Assembly: GCA_021432655.1 (NCBI GenBank)
Contig: MU271436.1
Span: 7,209-66,185 of the forward strand
Direction: 5' to 3'
Origin: Atractiella rhizophila
Lineage: Eukaryota
Length of the DNA: 58,977 nt
Under the pieces are notes generated by a model that did no database searches, was not told the DNA's origin, and worked only from the letters and a program-made list of their open reading frames with translations. How positions within the stretch are numbered: position 1 is the stretch's first letter; every line of letters starts with the position of its first letter. Below are positions 24,650 to 36,152 of this stretch, piece by piece. Made by a program: the position numbers and the translations under genes.

Positions 24650-27159
24650 GAAGCAGAACCAGTGTATACCTCTACAGCGGTAAAGTGGCGATTGATCCAA
24701 AGTCAAGCCCTCAGATCCTCAGAGGAACTCGAAGCGGGTCAGCTTATATATTCGTTTCCTGCCTGGCATTGTTCGTTTCGCATGGTTATTATTCCTCAAT
24801 GGAATTGCCCTAGTACGGAGCAAAGAAGGTATTTCATACCCATGCCTTCCCGACCATAAAGCCAAAAAGGTGGCCTCAGCGTTGCCTTCGAATTCTGAGG
24901 GACAGTGTTTCGGGTGAGAAGTCGTGACCCCCGATACTTCGACCGGAAACTCTGCTGAAAGGAGGACGGGATGGCACGGACAAGACATGCGTTATTGGCT
25001 TCTGGATTGAGTGCCAAAATCAGGAAGGAAGGAAACAGCGTTGATATTGGTTGATACGGATTGGAGTGATTTCATTCTGGATAATTCCCCCGTCCCATTC
25101 CGCCTCCTCTCTAGGATTTGCCTGGCAACTATTGTTCCCAAACTGCTTCCAGTTTGTTCCAGCATTGAAAAGGCTACAATAACTGTCCATGAAATCCTGA
25201 TAATGCGGATCGGGGATCCCACCGTTTTCAGCTGCCCCAATTGGCAGGCATCATTGCAACAATTGAATGTTAACATTCCTTCCACCACTTACATGTAATC
25301 TGCTTCGGTAGCTGCATGAGAGAAGATTCTTCGAACGAACACAAATGATAGGAAGGAAGAAGCACGGTTCCAGAGCTTCGGAGCCATTGACCCGCCAATT
25401 TACTGGTTTGCGACCCAAAGTTTGATCTCAGAAAGTTTAAGATAAGGTTTTAATAACTCACAGTAATTCATCAGACCTGATTTATGGATCAAGATTCACC
25501 AGCTCCTTCATTCAATCATTCAGGGTCATTTGAGTGATCCTTCAATGAAGGAAGGCGGCTCGGAAGTCAACATGATGTCCTCCTTGTTTCATAATGTACG
25601 CCAAGTAGCGCAACAAGAGCTCAAGCAGGGCACATTCACGCTGACAACGATGAGAAAGTGTTGAGATTGGTTTAGACGCTGACTGGCGAAATGTGTCACT
25701 TCGATCCATCACATGTTACTAGTTACAGCTGAGGAGCCAACAAACAGGTTAATTATGGATCAAAGGATTCCACATATTCCAAGCTTCACACAAACATGCG
25801 TATGAGAGGGAAAAGCTGCCAGCAGACTGTGAATTTGTTGTAAGCACAGGAGATGGGCACGCTATCACCACATCCATGGGGAATTCATTCCCCGGTACAC
25901 CAATTCTACTGCGGATTGCGCGAGATGCGATGGTCGTAAGCTCCAGAAAGAGAGAAGATGAGAAGATGGAGCATGAGCCAGACTAAAACAGGAAACTTGG
26001 AGCTGGAAGTGTTGAGGTGCAAGAAGTTGCCCACTTTTATTCTTACTACAGGGTCACCAACAGGGCAAACCATGTCGGGAATTTGCCGCTCAAAGGAGGA
26101 AAGGGGCAGAAAAAGTATGCCACGCTGACCCAAACCAAAGAGAGCTCTCAGAAAGGATGCACACCTTAACCACCATACCCCAAGGTGTCCGTTTAAGCCT
26201 CCAACTCCTTCGCACACTAACTGCTACTACTCTCCATCATTCTCGTTCGTGACTCCAGCATCGAACTGAACGTTATTCATTCTCAGCCAGCGGCAACAAG
26301 CAACAAAATCATCATGGATCGAGTATGGCATTTTTGGGTGCCGCCTGGTCGCGGGTCGGCGCAGGCCAGCGCTAGTGGACACAGCCAAAATTGTGTTCAC
26401 CATCCACCCAGCTCTTGTCTCTCACATCCAGCTCCTTCAGCAATGCTTGTTGTCTCATGTTCGAAGCTAGTGGAGATGGGCAATAGTTGTTGACGCTACT
26501 CAGCTCAGAAGTCACATTTCAATTACCTTGGTGCAACGTTCCAGGTGGGTGCCTTTTTCATGCTCTTTCTCAGATCTCCAGAGCTATCAAGAGGTTGGAT
26601 TAGCTTGATCACAATATTATGCAATATGCGAAAAATAATTCCGGTGGGATCATGAAGACAGGCGGCCGCGACGGGAGTGTGACACCTCTGCATTGTACAG
26701 TAATTTCAGGTCGATGTTTCCGCCCGACCACAAGTTGGCGGAACAATTAGAGCCTTTGTTCTGTCAGTTTGCTTTCACGCCTCATTTTGAGTCCCCAGAT
26801 ACACCGAACTCGAAGCTTGAGGGCCTCGTTGAGGCATGAAGTGTTGAGAATCTTGCCCATATTGTGGCTTCGCCACTCTTCTCCCAGCCCGAAGACTACC
26901 CCAGCAGAAACCGTGATCATCTAGTTCTCGAATGTTCTGTACTTCGCAATTGTCTAAAGTGAATATTTGAATGAGCGTCTGACGAGCATGGAGGCTTGTG
27001 ACTCTCTCAAAGATTCCCTCACGCAAGGTAAAATAAGTGAACTTGCTAATGATGACCTTGCAAGCGTTCAACTATAAAATAGAGTCCAGACTTCACACGC
27101 GCCCTTTAATCTCGGTTTCAAAGCCTCATCCCAGAGCACAAATGGAAAAAGGATCATAC

Positions 27160-28848
27160 TCAATATCCATGCCTCTCTTCTTCTTCACTTCTGTCCAAAT
27201 CATTCCTACCTCTCTTGCATCAGCACCGAGAGCTCAATCGAGATGTAAAAATGACACAAACCCTTTCTCAACATTTGTAACCGTCTCGATATTTACGACC
27301 ACGCCTCTTCCACCCATCACGGCAGGATTGCTCATGTTCAAACGATCGAAAGCCGGATGGTGATACGCCTTCTCTAGGTCCGTCGTCTGCCTCCCCAAAC
27401 TCTGGAGATGCACTTCTGGCTCGCCCCCTACCCCTGGCTTAAAGTGGTTTCCGGACTTGGTGAACATCTTTCCCGTCCCACCTCCAACCCCTCCGCCGTG
27501 GCTTGACCCGCCGCCGTCCCCGGAACCAATGTTTGCTGATGGAGAACGCAGGTTGAGGACGATCCGAGAGGCCATCATCGTCGTGAACGCGACGGCGAGA
27601 GGTGCGTTAAGTGCTTGGTTCGTCACGTTCGGGATACTGTATCGAATCTTCAGCTCAGCATAATTCAGAGAAAGAGACGAACTTGAAATAAATCACGTTA
27701 ACAAAATTACAAATAAACACGACTAGAAAATATAAAATTCCGTCGCGAAGAAAAAGAGTGAGGAGGGGGGTGCGTCCGGAGGTGCGCCAGTGTCTGATCA
27801 GTGGTCTGTCCTCCGTTGCATCCTCAGCCATACTTTCATCGTGCTTGCCAGAACAAAGGGACGAACATCAACATGAAGACTGTCGCCGTTGTGTCGTACA
27901 AGAGAGGAGGGACCCTATTCTTTCTATCAGGGCGGATAAGTGGGATGGCTGCGAGGACCGACCAATAAATCCAGATGTAGCTTCACCCAGCCGATAATGT
28001 GTCAATTCCTTGCTCAACGGACCAATAGAAGAAGAGGCTCACTCTTTCCCACCGCTCGAAATACATCCTCTCAACCCAGGCGGTCTACACAGCATCATCA
28101 TTCCATCAGAATTGTGAATTTTCGATGCGAGGTAGGAATAGCACGAACATCGGCAACCTTTTGTTGGGCGCAATGGCGATGATCTCAACGACAGTTCCAC
28201 AGACTGCGAATATGCCGAAGAACCAGATGATCCATTGCTTTCGATTCCACATAGCCCAAACGCGAGCGCCAAGCAGGAATTCGGCTGAAGCTGTTCCAGC
28301 ATCAAGTTCACACGTAAATTCGTCAACTTTCTTCACCTTGTGAAGTGCTAGAAAACGTTCGAATGGGAAGGGCAGGGGAGCGCACCGAATAGACCGCAGG
28401 TGAAGGCAGGTTCAAAGATATGGATCTTGTCGCAGACTTTTGGGTCTATTTTGAGCCAAAAGAAGGTCATAAAAATGAGCAAGACGAAGAGGCCCCAGTA
28501 TCTGTAGTTTAAACGGGAGGAGTTGGTAAGGTGCTTGCCTTGTCGCAAGAAATGACTGACCTATTGATGAAGAAGACCACTCGAACGGGCGTCCAGCGCT
28601 CTGCCTTCCACATCGTCCGGTATTCTTGCGGAAAGGTGAGCACAAAGTCCCATCCGTAGATGGCGAAGCAGGCTAATGCCACAACGTAGTGTCTTTAACG
28701 TCCTTCTGTTGTTCTCATGGGAAGACAAACCAGTTAAATAGACCCTGGTCGTTGACAATACCTCTTCGAACGCCGCCAGTTGGGCTGCGAGTGCCAACTG
28801 CTCTTCGAGCGTCGGGGGACCAGCTGTAGGAGCTGTGGACGAGGACAT
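27160..28848 (-). CDS. DUF6533-type multi-pass membrane protein, copy 3 (more divergent)
   Basis: MSSSTAPTAGPPTLEEQLAL start; PQEYRTMWKAERWTPVRV; LFLRDGILYF; TMMASRIVLNLR; terminal exon GNDLDRSEEEERHGY*. Confidence 0.85.
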
Positions 28849-29791
28849 TTGGACTTGTTAAAATCTGGATTCAGATTGTTGACAGGAGATGGGAAGGAGA
28901 GGGGTTATTATACAGTTCTTGGGGCTTGAAGCGAGGTTTATGATTTTACAATTGGTAGCGAGATTAAGCCACGCTAGGCTGATGGTGTTGCAGCGGTATT
29001 CAAGTTGATAGGCTGGACGTAAGAGGAGCTGAGGATTCTGTGCAGAATAATTAATAATTCAGAATACTCTGACACATAATTTGACAGAAGAAGAGAAGGA
29101 ACGACGTAAAATCCATCCTCGCCACCGTTCGAGAAGCAACTTGCCTAGCATGCATTGATAGTATTTATTCATGGTATGAATTGAAGCGTTGTATATAACA
29201 GTAAAACGCTGTCTCAACGCAATGGTCTAAATTCAGATCGTGTTCATATCGTACTGGATGCCTTCTCTTTGTAGAGAGGGAGCGGAAGTCAGTACGTGAA
29301 AGGGAAGATCTGTCTTGAAGCTTGAATGGCGGCGCGTTCTGACAAAGCTTACATAAAGCGTTCTGAATGGCTCAATGGATGAGTCATGATAACATTTCAA
29401 CAGATCGTTAAAAACGCTCCGGTTTGAACCTCATTAACGCCTCAGTTGTAAAGTAGAACCGCCGTCTTCACTAGTCAACCCATTCATCATGATGCGGGAG
29501 ATGGAGGGTGTGAGTATGGTATTCGCACCGTAACCACAAGGTTATTAATGGTAACAAACTGAAATGAGTTGTAGCAGAGGGGTATCGAACGATGTTCGAT
29601 GCATAACTACAAATGTAGAAAATGAGACAAAATGAAGAGATTGCTCCAGAGAGCCTCCTTGTCCATCCCAAGCAACACTGAAACCTGAATGAAGGTAAAA
29701 ATTCATCGCTGGCTAGACAAAACCTTTTTCTACGCGGATTATGTTCGGAACCTCCATCCATCTGAGGAGCTGGTAGGCTGCAGAAGGGACA

Positions 29792-32154
29792 TTAATGCCT
29801 CCTGGTCAACATCCACTTCTGTGTCCTGTCCGGCGTCCTGACCCAAATCTGTCATCGGTGTGGATCAGAATGAAACCCAAAAGTGACAAAACATGAAAGT
29901 CGGTGGAATAAAGCAGGAAGGCGTACGGTGAAGAAATCGTCAAACTCGCCCGCCCTTTCTTTGTAGAAGTCGCTCCCCACTAGTTCAGCGTCAAAGTTGC
30001 GGATCATCGCGCAAGCGGCCAGGTACAGTTCCTACTCCACATGCTCAGTCGTTTAATTCTACGCTGTCCCACAGAAGGAGACGAACTATATGTGCGAGAT
30101 TCATCCCAATGCATTGTCGCTGTCCTTGTCCTACCCGGCCGCATTAGACCAATCAGCTTCTGCGAGGGTCAGTATTGAGAGGAGAAAAGGGACGAACCGA
30201 ATGCCAAATTATTACTATGATACAAGGCAGCCTTCGTGGGGTCCTATCGACCAAAAATCAATGCGTCAACAAAATACTCTCAGCTTGAAGTAAGGGAAAG
30301 AAGTGTAAAAATGGAACCAGCTTACGAGCCATCTTTCCGGCTTCCACTCCTCGGCGTCCTCTCCATACACCGTTTTGTCTCGATGCGCAGAATACGGTTG
30401 AGTCGCAACCTCGGTTCCTGGTGGGATGAAAATGTTTCCAATCTAAAAAGGCAAAATTATCCTCCGTCCATTCATGGAAGAGGGGTCCAACGGGACGGGG
30501 TGTGCGAAACAAGTTGATATCTCGAGAAAGGGCAAAAAGATGGGGACAACTGACCTGCAAGCCTCCAACTTCGGCGGGTACGTATCGAGGGAGTGCGCCA
30601 GGTACGGGAGGGAAGAGGCGGATTGTCTCATGCAAGGCGGCGCCAAGGAGCGGCAAAGCAGAAGCAACTTCCCAAGTCACTACGTCGTCACCGTTGGGCA
30701 TGGCGGCATCCACCTCCGCTCGAAGTTTGGCAAGAAATGAAGGACGGGTCCAGACGTTGTAGCAGAAGAAGGTAAGGGCGAGCTTGGTCGTATCACCTCC
30801 TGCTACACTTTATGCGCGTCATTTTTATTAGTCGTGTCTTCTTAAGGAAAAGTTAAAGCGGCAGGACAAACATGAAAGAGAACATCCTGCGTTGTTTGGT
30901 GGAGTTAGTATTTTTGAGCAGAGGGAAGGAAAGAGACGCACTCATTGATGATAGCTGCGTCAGGAAGATCCAGCCTTTTCGCGTCTTCCAACAGTTGTTG
31001 CATGATCATCCCGTCCTTCTGATCCTCGACGGACTTTGCACGGTGGTTCTTGATGACCTTGTGCCCCTCCTACCACAACACACCGCGATATCATCGCCTC
31101 ATCAGTTCTGGAAGCAAGCATGTAAATAAAGAGAGGAGAACGAACGATGTGTAGCCTGTCCAAAGCCGTGACGATGTACTGGACAGAACGGATCGGGAGC
31201 TGACTGAGGACCCAATAAACGGCGGTGAATCCAGACAGGAAGGCATTCATCGTTCCCACAAGTGAGGTCTCTAGCACTATGAACCGGCTGAGCATGTGCA
31301 TGATGAAGGCCGAAGGGAAAACGAACAGTCATCTACAGCTCCATTCTCAGTGCAATGGCTCTCTTGACCCGTCGCAACTTTGATCATCACTATATTTTTC
31401 ATCAGCAATTTGAGCCCACTACATTTTGTAAAGCAGGGAAAACAGACCGTCATGTGCCAAATATGCGAACCAACGCACAATATCAACGGGTTGACCCTGT
31501 TCTGCTTCCTTGTTCAACATCACGATGAGGCTATTCACCTTATCCTATTCAGTCCAAAGTTCAGACTTTAGTGATTAGAGAGAGCGAGGGAGGAAGGAAT
31601 GAACCTGAACGAGGTGCTGCTGGGCGAGCATGTTGCTCTTCGTCCACGCCCTCGCATGCATGCTCCTCCGTATCCGATGTGCCTCATTAGCAAGAGTGGC
31701 CATGCTCGACTTGTCCGTCTTGTCGAAGTTGAAGCCAAGGTAGAATTCGCTCTTGTAGAACTTCGAACCGTGACCTGCATTATCGTTATTCAGCGCCAGT
31801 TCTCGCTTGGAGGAATGGAAGGGAGAGACTGACCGTACACTTTCTTCATCGCCTCGCGGTCGAAGAACACGACGGTATTAGGTCCAACGCGTACGACATC
31901 TTCATCGAGACATCGATGAGAAATTGCACTGGAAATGTAAAGGAAGAGGACAAACCTCCATAGTCTTCCCTGAAGGAATGGATGGTCAGGGCTGCCCTGC
32001 CACGTAATGAACAGACAGTCCTTGGAAAGTCGGATAACGTCCATAAGAAGGGACCTGGGATGTGTCGGATAGGAGAAAGGAGACGGTTCTTGACCCAGAG
32101 GTAGAAGAGATAACTGCCTTGGAGGATGAGGTAACCAATGAGGATGTCGTTCAT
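29792..32154 (-). CDS. Cytochrome P450
   Basis: N-terminal anchor plus PIRHIPGP; I-helix AGGDTT; ETIR (ExxR); PERW; haem motif FG|QGQRQCIG. The last exon is inferred via a GC donor at 29949, so the 3' end is less certain. Confidence 0.92.
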
Positions 32155-32743
32155 CGCGTGCTTGCTGATTCGGCTGAGTTGAAGAATGAAAGAAGCAGGA
32201 CGCGAGAGTAGAAGGACGGATTATATGGTCCAACCATATTCGACATTTAAACAGAATCGGTGGCTCCTCCTTCTTTCCTCAAAGTTGGACGTGGGACCCG
32301 CACATCTGGGTTGACCCGTCATTGCCGTAACCTTATCTCGAAATAAATCGGTTCCTGACAACTGGAGAGACAGGACCCAGCATTGTGGGACTAATTGTCA
32401 CACCAGCAGTAATCCAGCAACCAATGAAGTAAAGAAGACCAACATAAATGAGCGTTGTAATAAATGTCGATCAGGAGGAGGCAAATTGTCACGGTTGTTT
32501 GAGAGCATTGTGCATTGTGCTCCGTCGTGTGTTGCTACTCAAAATCTCGCTAAACTCGTTGATAGAGGCATGGTGAGCGAGGAAGATCAAGCGCCTTCCT
32601 GGCATGGGCTTTGGGGCTGGGAATATTTGTAGCATGCTGTAGTAATAGATGACACTGTTAGCACTCATAAGCATTTTAAGTCCTTAACAACTGGAAGGGG
32701 TTAGCAGAAGAAATGATCCGAGCCACACTGATTCTCCAGCAAG

Positions 32744-34894
32744 TTAACGACGCCGTCTGGCCATCCCCCGCTCTTCCTCCCTCGACCTGCTCCTCTTCCT
32801 CGCCGGCTTCCCCACATCCTCCCCCTTTCCTCGTCCGCGGATAGACATCACGACTTGTCCGCTACCTCCACCGCTACTCAGCCTCCTCCCGTTCCTGCTG
32901 CTTTTGCTCGCTTCGTCGTGGAATGAAGCGGAGGTCCTACGGGGGGGATGGGGGTCATCTGAGATCCTGTCGAGTAATGAAGTGGCTGATTTGGATTTAG
33001 ACTCCTGTTCCGGTTCTGGTTCCGTGGACGGTAGACGAGGTCGTTCCTCGTATTCCTCTTTCACTACATTCGATCCATGGCTGTCTTCAACTTCCTCCTG
33101 GGTAGTACGAACATCACGGCCGCCATCGTCGTATTCATCTTTCACAAGCTGCCGAGGCGATCGATCGTTTTCACGACCACCGTCCATTCTCCGCTCCACG
33201 TCGTACGATCTCTCCCGCCTCGATCTCGAGTCTTCCTCCGCTATGTGATCCAGGTCGAGGTCAAACGATGGGGAGCGATCGCGGTCGCGATGAGAGTGGC
33301 GAGACTGGTGTGAGTCCTCTCTGTACCTCTTCCTTTCTGCCCTTTCGTCCATTCCTTCGTCTGGCGCGGACCGCTTCAGCACTCGTCGATCGACAGAATC
33401 AGAGTCCTCCAAACGACGAGTCCTGCTCCTGCTCCTCTCTTTCTCTTCCCTTTCCCTTTCCCTTCGCCTCTCCGTGTCCCTATCCCGGTCCCGATCACGA
33501 CCATCATCTCGTGAAAGATGCGGCCGCCCATTCGTCTCATCCCTCCTACCACTAATCCGTTCAGATTCTCTCCTCTTCTCCCTCTCCCTCGCCTGACTCC
33601 GGCTTCGGTCATCCCTTCCCCTTCTCCCTTCCCTCTCCCTCTCCCTTTCCCTTGGAGGGGACCTCGATCTCCTCCTCTCTCTAAAGGGTGAGCGGGACCT
33701 AACCCTTTCCCGAGGGACGGGGGACCTAGACCTCATCCTTTCCGTCTCCCTGATCGGCGACCGCGACCTCTCCCTCCAGGTGGACTTGCGAGCATGAGAC
33801 TCTCTTTCGCGTTCGCGATCCAGTCCTCGTTCTCGTCTCGGAGGAGTGCTTTCTCGCTTCCGATGCTCCTTCTTCTCCCGCTCCAATTCACGCTCCAGCT
33901 TTCGTTCCCTTTCCTCCTGAGTCTCCAGTCGTCGTTCTAGGGTTTCGATTTCTTCTTTTTGCTGTATTAGCAGCAGGGTCGCTTCTTCCATACCGGCGTC
34001 CAGTTCTCGGATCATACTTCGTCCGTCTACATCAATATCGTGAATGAATATCACGTGTAACGGAACAGAGCAGAGTTAGACGAACCCTTGAGTGCACCTT
34101 CCATTCTCTTCCTTATCTCCTTCTCCTTCTCCAAGGTCCTCTTCAATCCCTCCACGTCCTCCTTAACGAGAACATCTCCCAAGTGTTCATTCTCCCTCCT
34201 CAGCTCTCCGACCTCCCTCTTCAACCTCTCCAACTCATCATTCTCCCTCTGTTCCATCCCCTCCAACGCCGTCTTCAAAGCCTTGTTCGCATCTTGGAGC
34301 TGCACAATGTTTGCTCGGAGGGACGCGATCGCCGCAGCCGTGTTCGATTGGTGTTGGACGTTGGGCGAGGATGAAGAGTTGGAATGGAGCTGATGAGGAT
34401 GTTGAGAAGGTGGAGGGGGCAGATGGTGCGGAGGCGGAGGGAGGGACGTCACGGGCTTTAATTCGTCCTTCAGGATCAACAAAGACGGCTGGAAAGGATG
34501 AGAAGATTGGACGGACTTTAGGGGGCAGAGTTAGATCCACCGTCCTGCTCTCCTCGCCCATCGACGTCCTCATCCCTGGTCTCGCGGGCACAGTCTTCAT
34601 ACCCCTCGGGAGATCCCTCTTCTGTCCACTCTGTTGTGTCATTTGCATTTCGGGACTATTGGGGCCCGACTGGACTGGGGGGACATTGTCGAGGAAGGAA
34701 TTTTTGCGGGAAGGAAGGTCTGGTTCGGATTGGGGAAGGGGCGGGGGAGAGGCGCCGAGGGAGATGACGTCTTCGCGGTCCTCTTCTTCCTCCGTTTGTT
34801 CGAGTGCTGGTGCAGGTGGAGCAAGAGGTGAGGGTGAGCGATCAGCTCCGCCTCCTGGAGAGTAGGAAGGGGAGTATGGTTGGTCGTCTTCCAT
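32744..34894 (-). CDS. Arg/Glu/Ser-rich coiled-coil nuclear protein with RSRSP repeats (SR-related, uncharacterised)
   Basis: Three exons (~34894-34517, 34468-34086, 34027-32744); coiled-coil heptads, four RSRSP units, RD/RE dipeptide tracts. Confidence 0.75.
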
Positions 34895-36152
34895 TCTGAT
34901 ACCGTGGAAGTTGTCTGGTCAATGTCAGATAGTGCTGAGGTGAGAGTCTACCGAGGATGGCGAAGCCTAGAGTGCAGGGAGGTGTGATGGCTATACTGTA
35001 TTTGCAAAATGAAGCGTAAGTCACTGACGGACATCAATGCAATGCGAGACAGCGAACATCAAGTGTTGAGGAGAGGAGACAGATCACAGGGGAGAGGCAC
35101 TTTCGACACAGTCAGACACTAAGAATTTAATGGATGCGTGTCGAATTAATGAGAACAAAATGCTAATGACTGAATAGTAGCCGAAGGGGAAATGAAATAA
35201 AAAGTAAAGGAAAGGCGACAGGACTGCTTCAATGCAATGACAGACACGGTGTCGCAGTTCCGTTTGATTGAGAGCTATGTATAAAAACGAGCCGCACAGA
35301 AATGATATCAACAGGCGGCTACGTATGGAAGATGACGAGGCAAACAAACAAAGTGGCCATTTCGTATTCACATATTGACTTGTAATTTGTGATCTTCTGA
35401 GACGTTTTTGGAAAGAAACTGGTGTATAAGAAAGGAAAAGCTACTGGCACAGTAATATGGGGGTATGAAACGTATGTGTGGTTCTTGGTGGGACGCTTTC
35501 AGGCAAAATCACAAGCAGGAAAGTGCAGGGAATGTCAGAGAGAAGCAGAATAAGGCAACACACTATATCTGCGCAAGGAGAAGGACAAGAAAGGGAGAAA
35601 ACGCATCATGCGAGTATAGTGGACTGCGAAGTCAAAACCACATTCAAGAGCAAAACAGCTTCAACCTATTTGCTAACGGAGGGTACCACTGCACTGAAAG
35701 GACATGACGCTGAAAGAAGCAGGCGATGATTGTGTACGCAGGTATTCAAAGAAGCTCGAGCTCAAGAACAAACAGAAATGAAATAATAAGAGAGGAAATG
35801 AGAAAGCGACCCATCACCATCCGAAGGCCAAGAAACGGATCATTCACCTTGATTCCACGACTTCGTTGGGCAACCTTCGTCCGTCAATGGGGCAGCTGAG
35901 CAATCGTGTTTCTCCTGAGTTTTTGCCTCTTCCGTAAAACGACGGACTACAATCTCCTTCCCTTGCGCCTGAAAGACCTCTTTTGTCCTGTGGCCGTCGA
36001 ATGCCTCGAATTCGTCGTTCGTCGTTTCTGGCAGCGCAACTGGAAGCCGAACCTAACCCTATTCTACACATATCTGCCAAGACGGGAGTGCGTAAACAGC
36101 TTCCGATCGGAACGACGACGTTTGCTTCTTCAACAGCTATACCATCAGCAGG

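Noticed and set aside
25692..26684. TGTCAC...GTGACA ends suggesting a solo LTR
   Set aside because: No target-site duplication, second copy or retroelement coding remnant.
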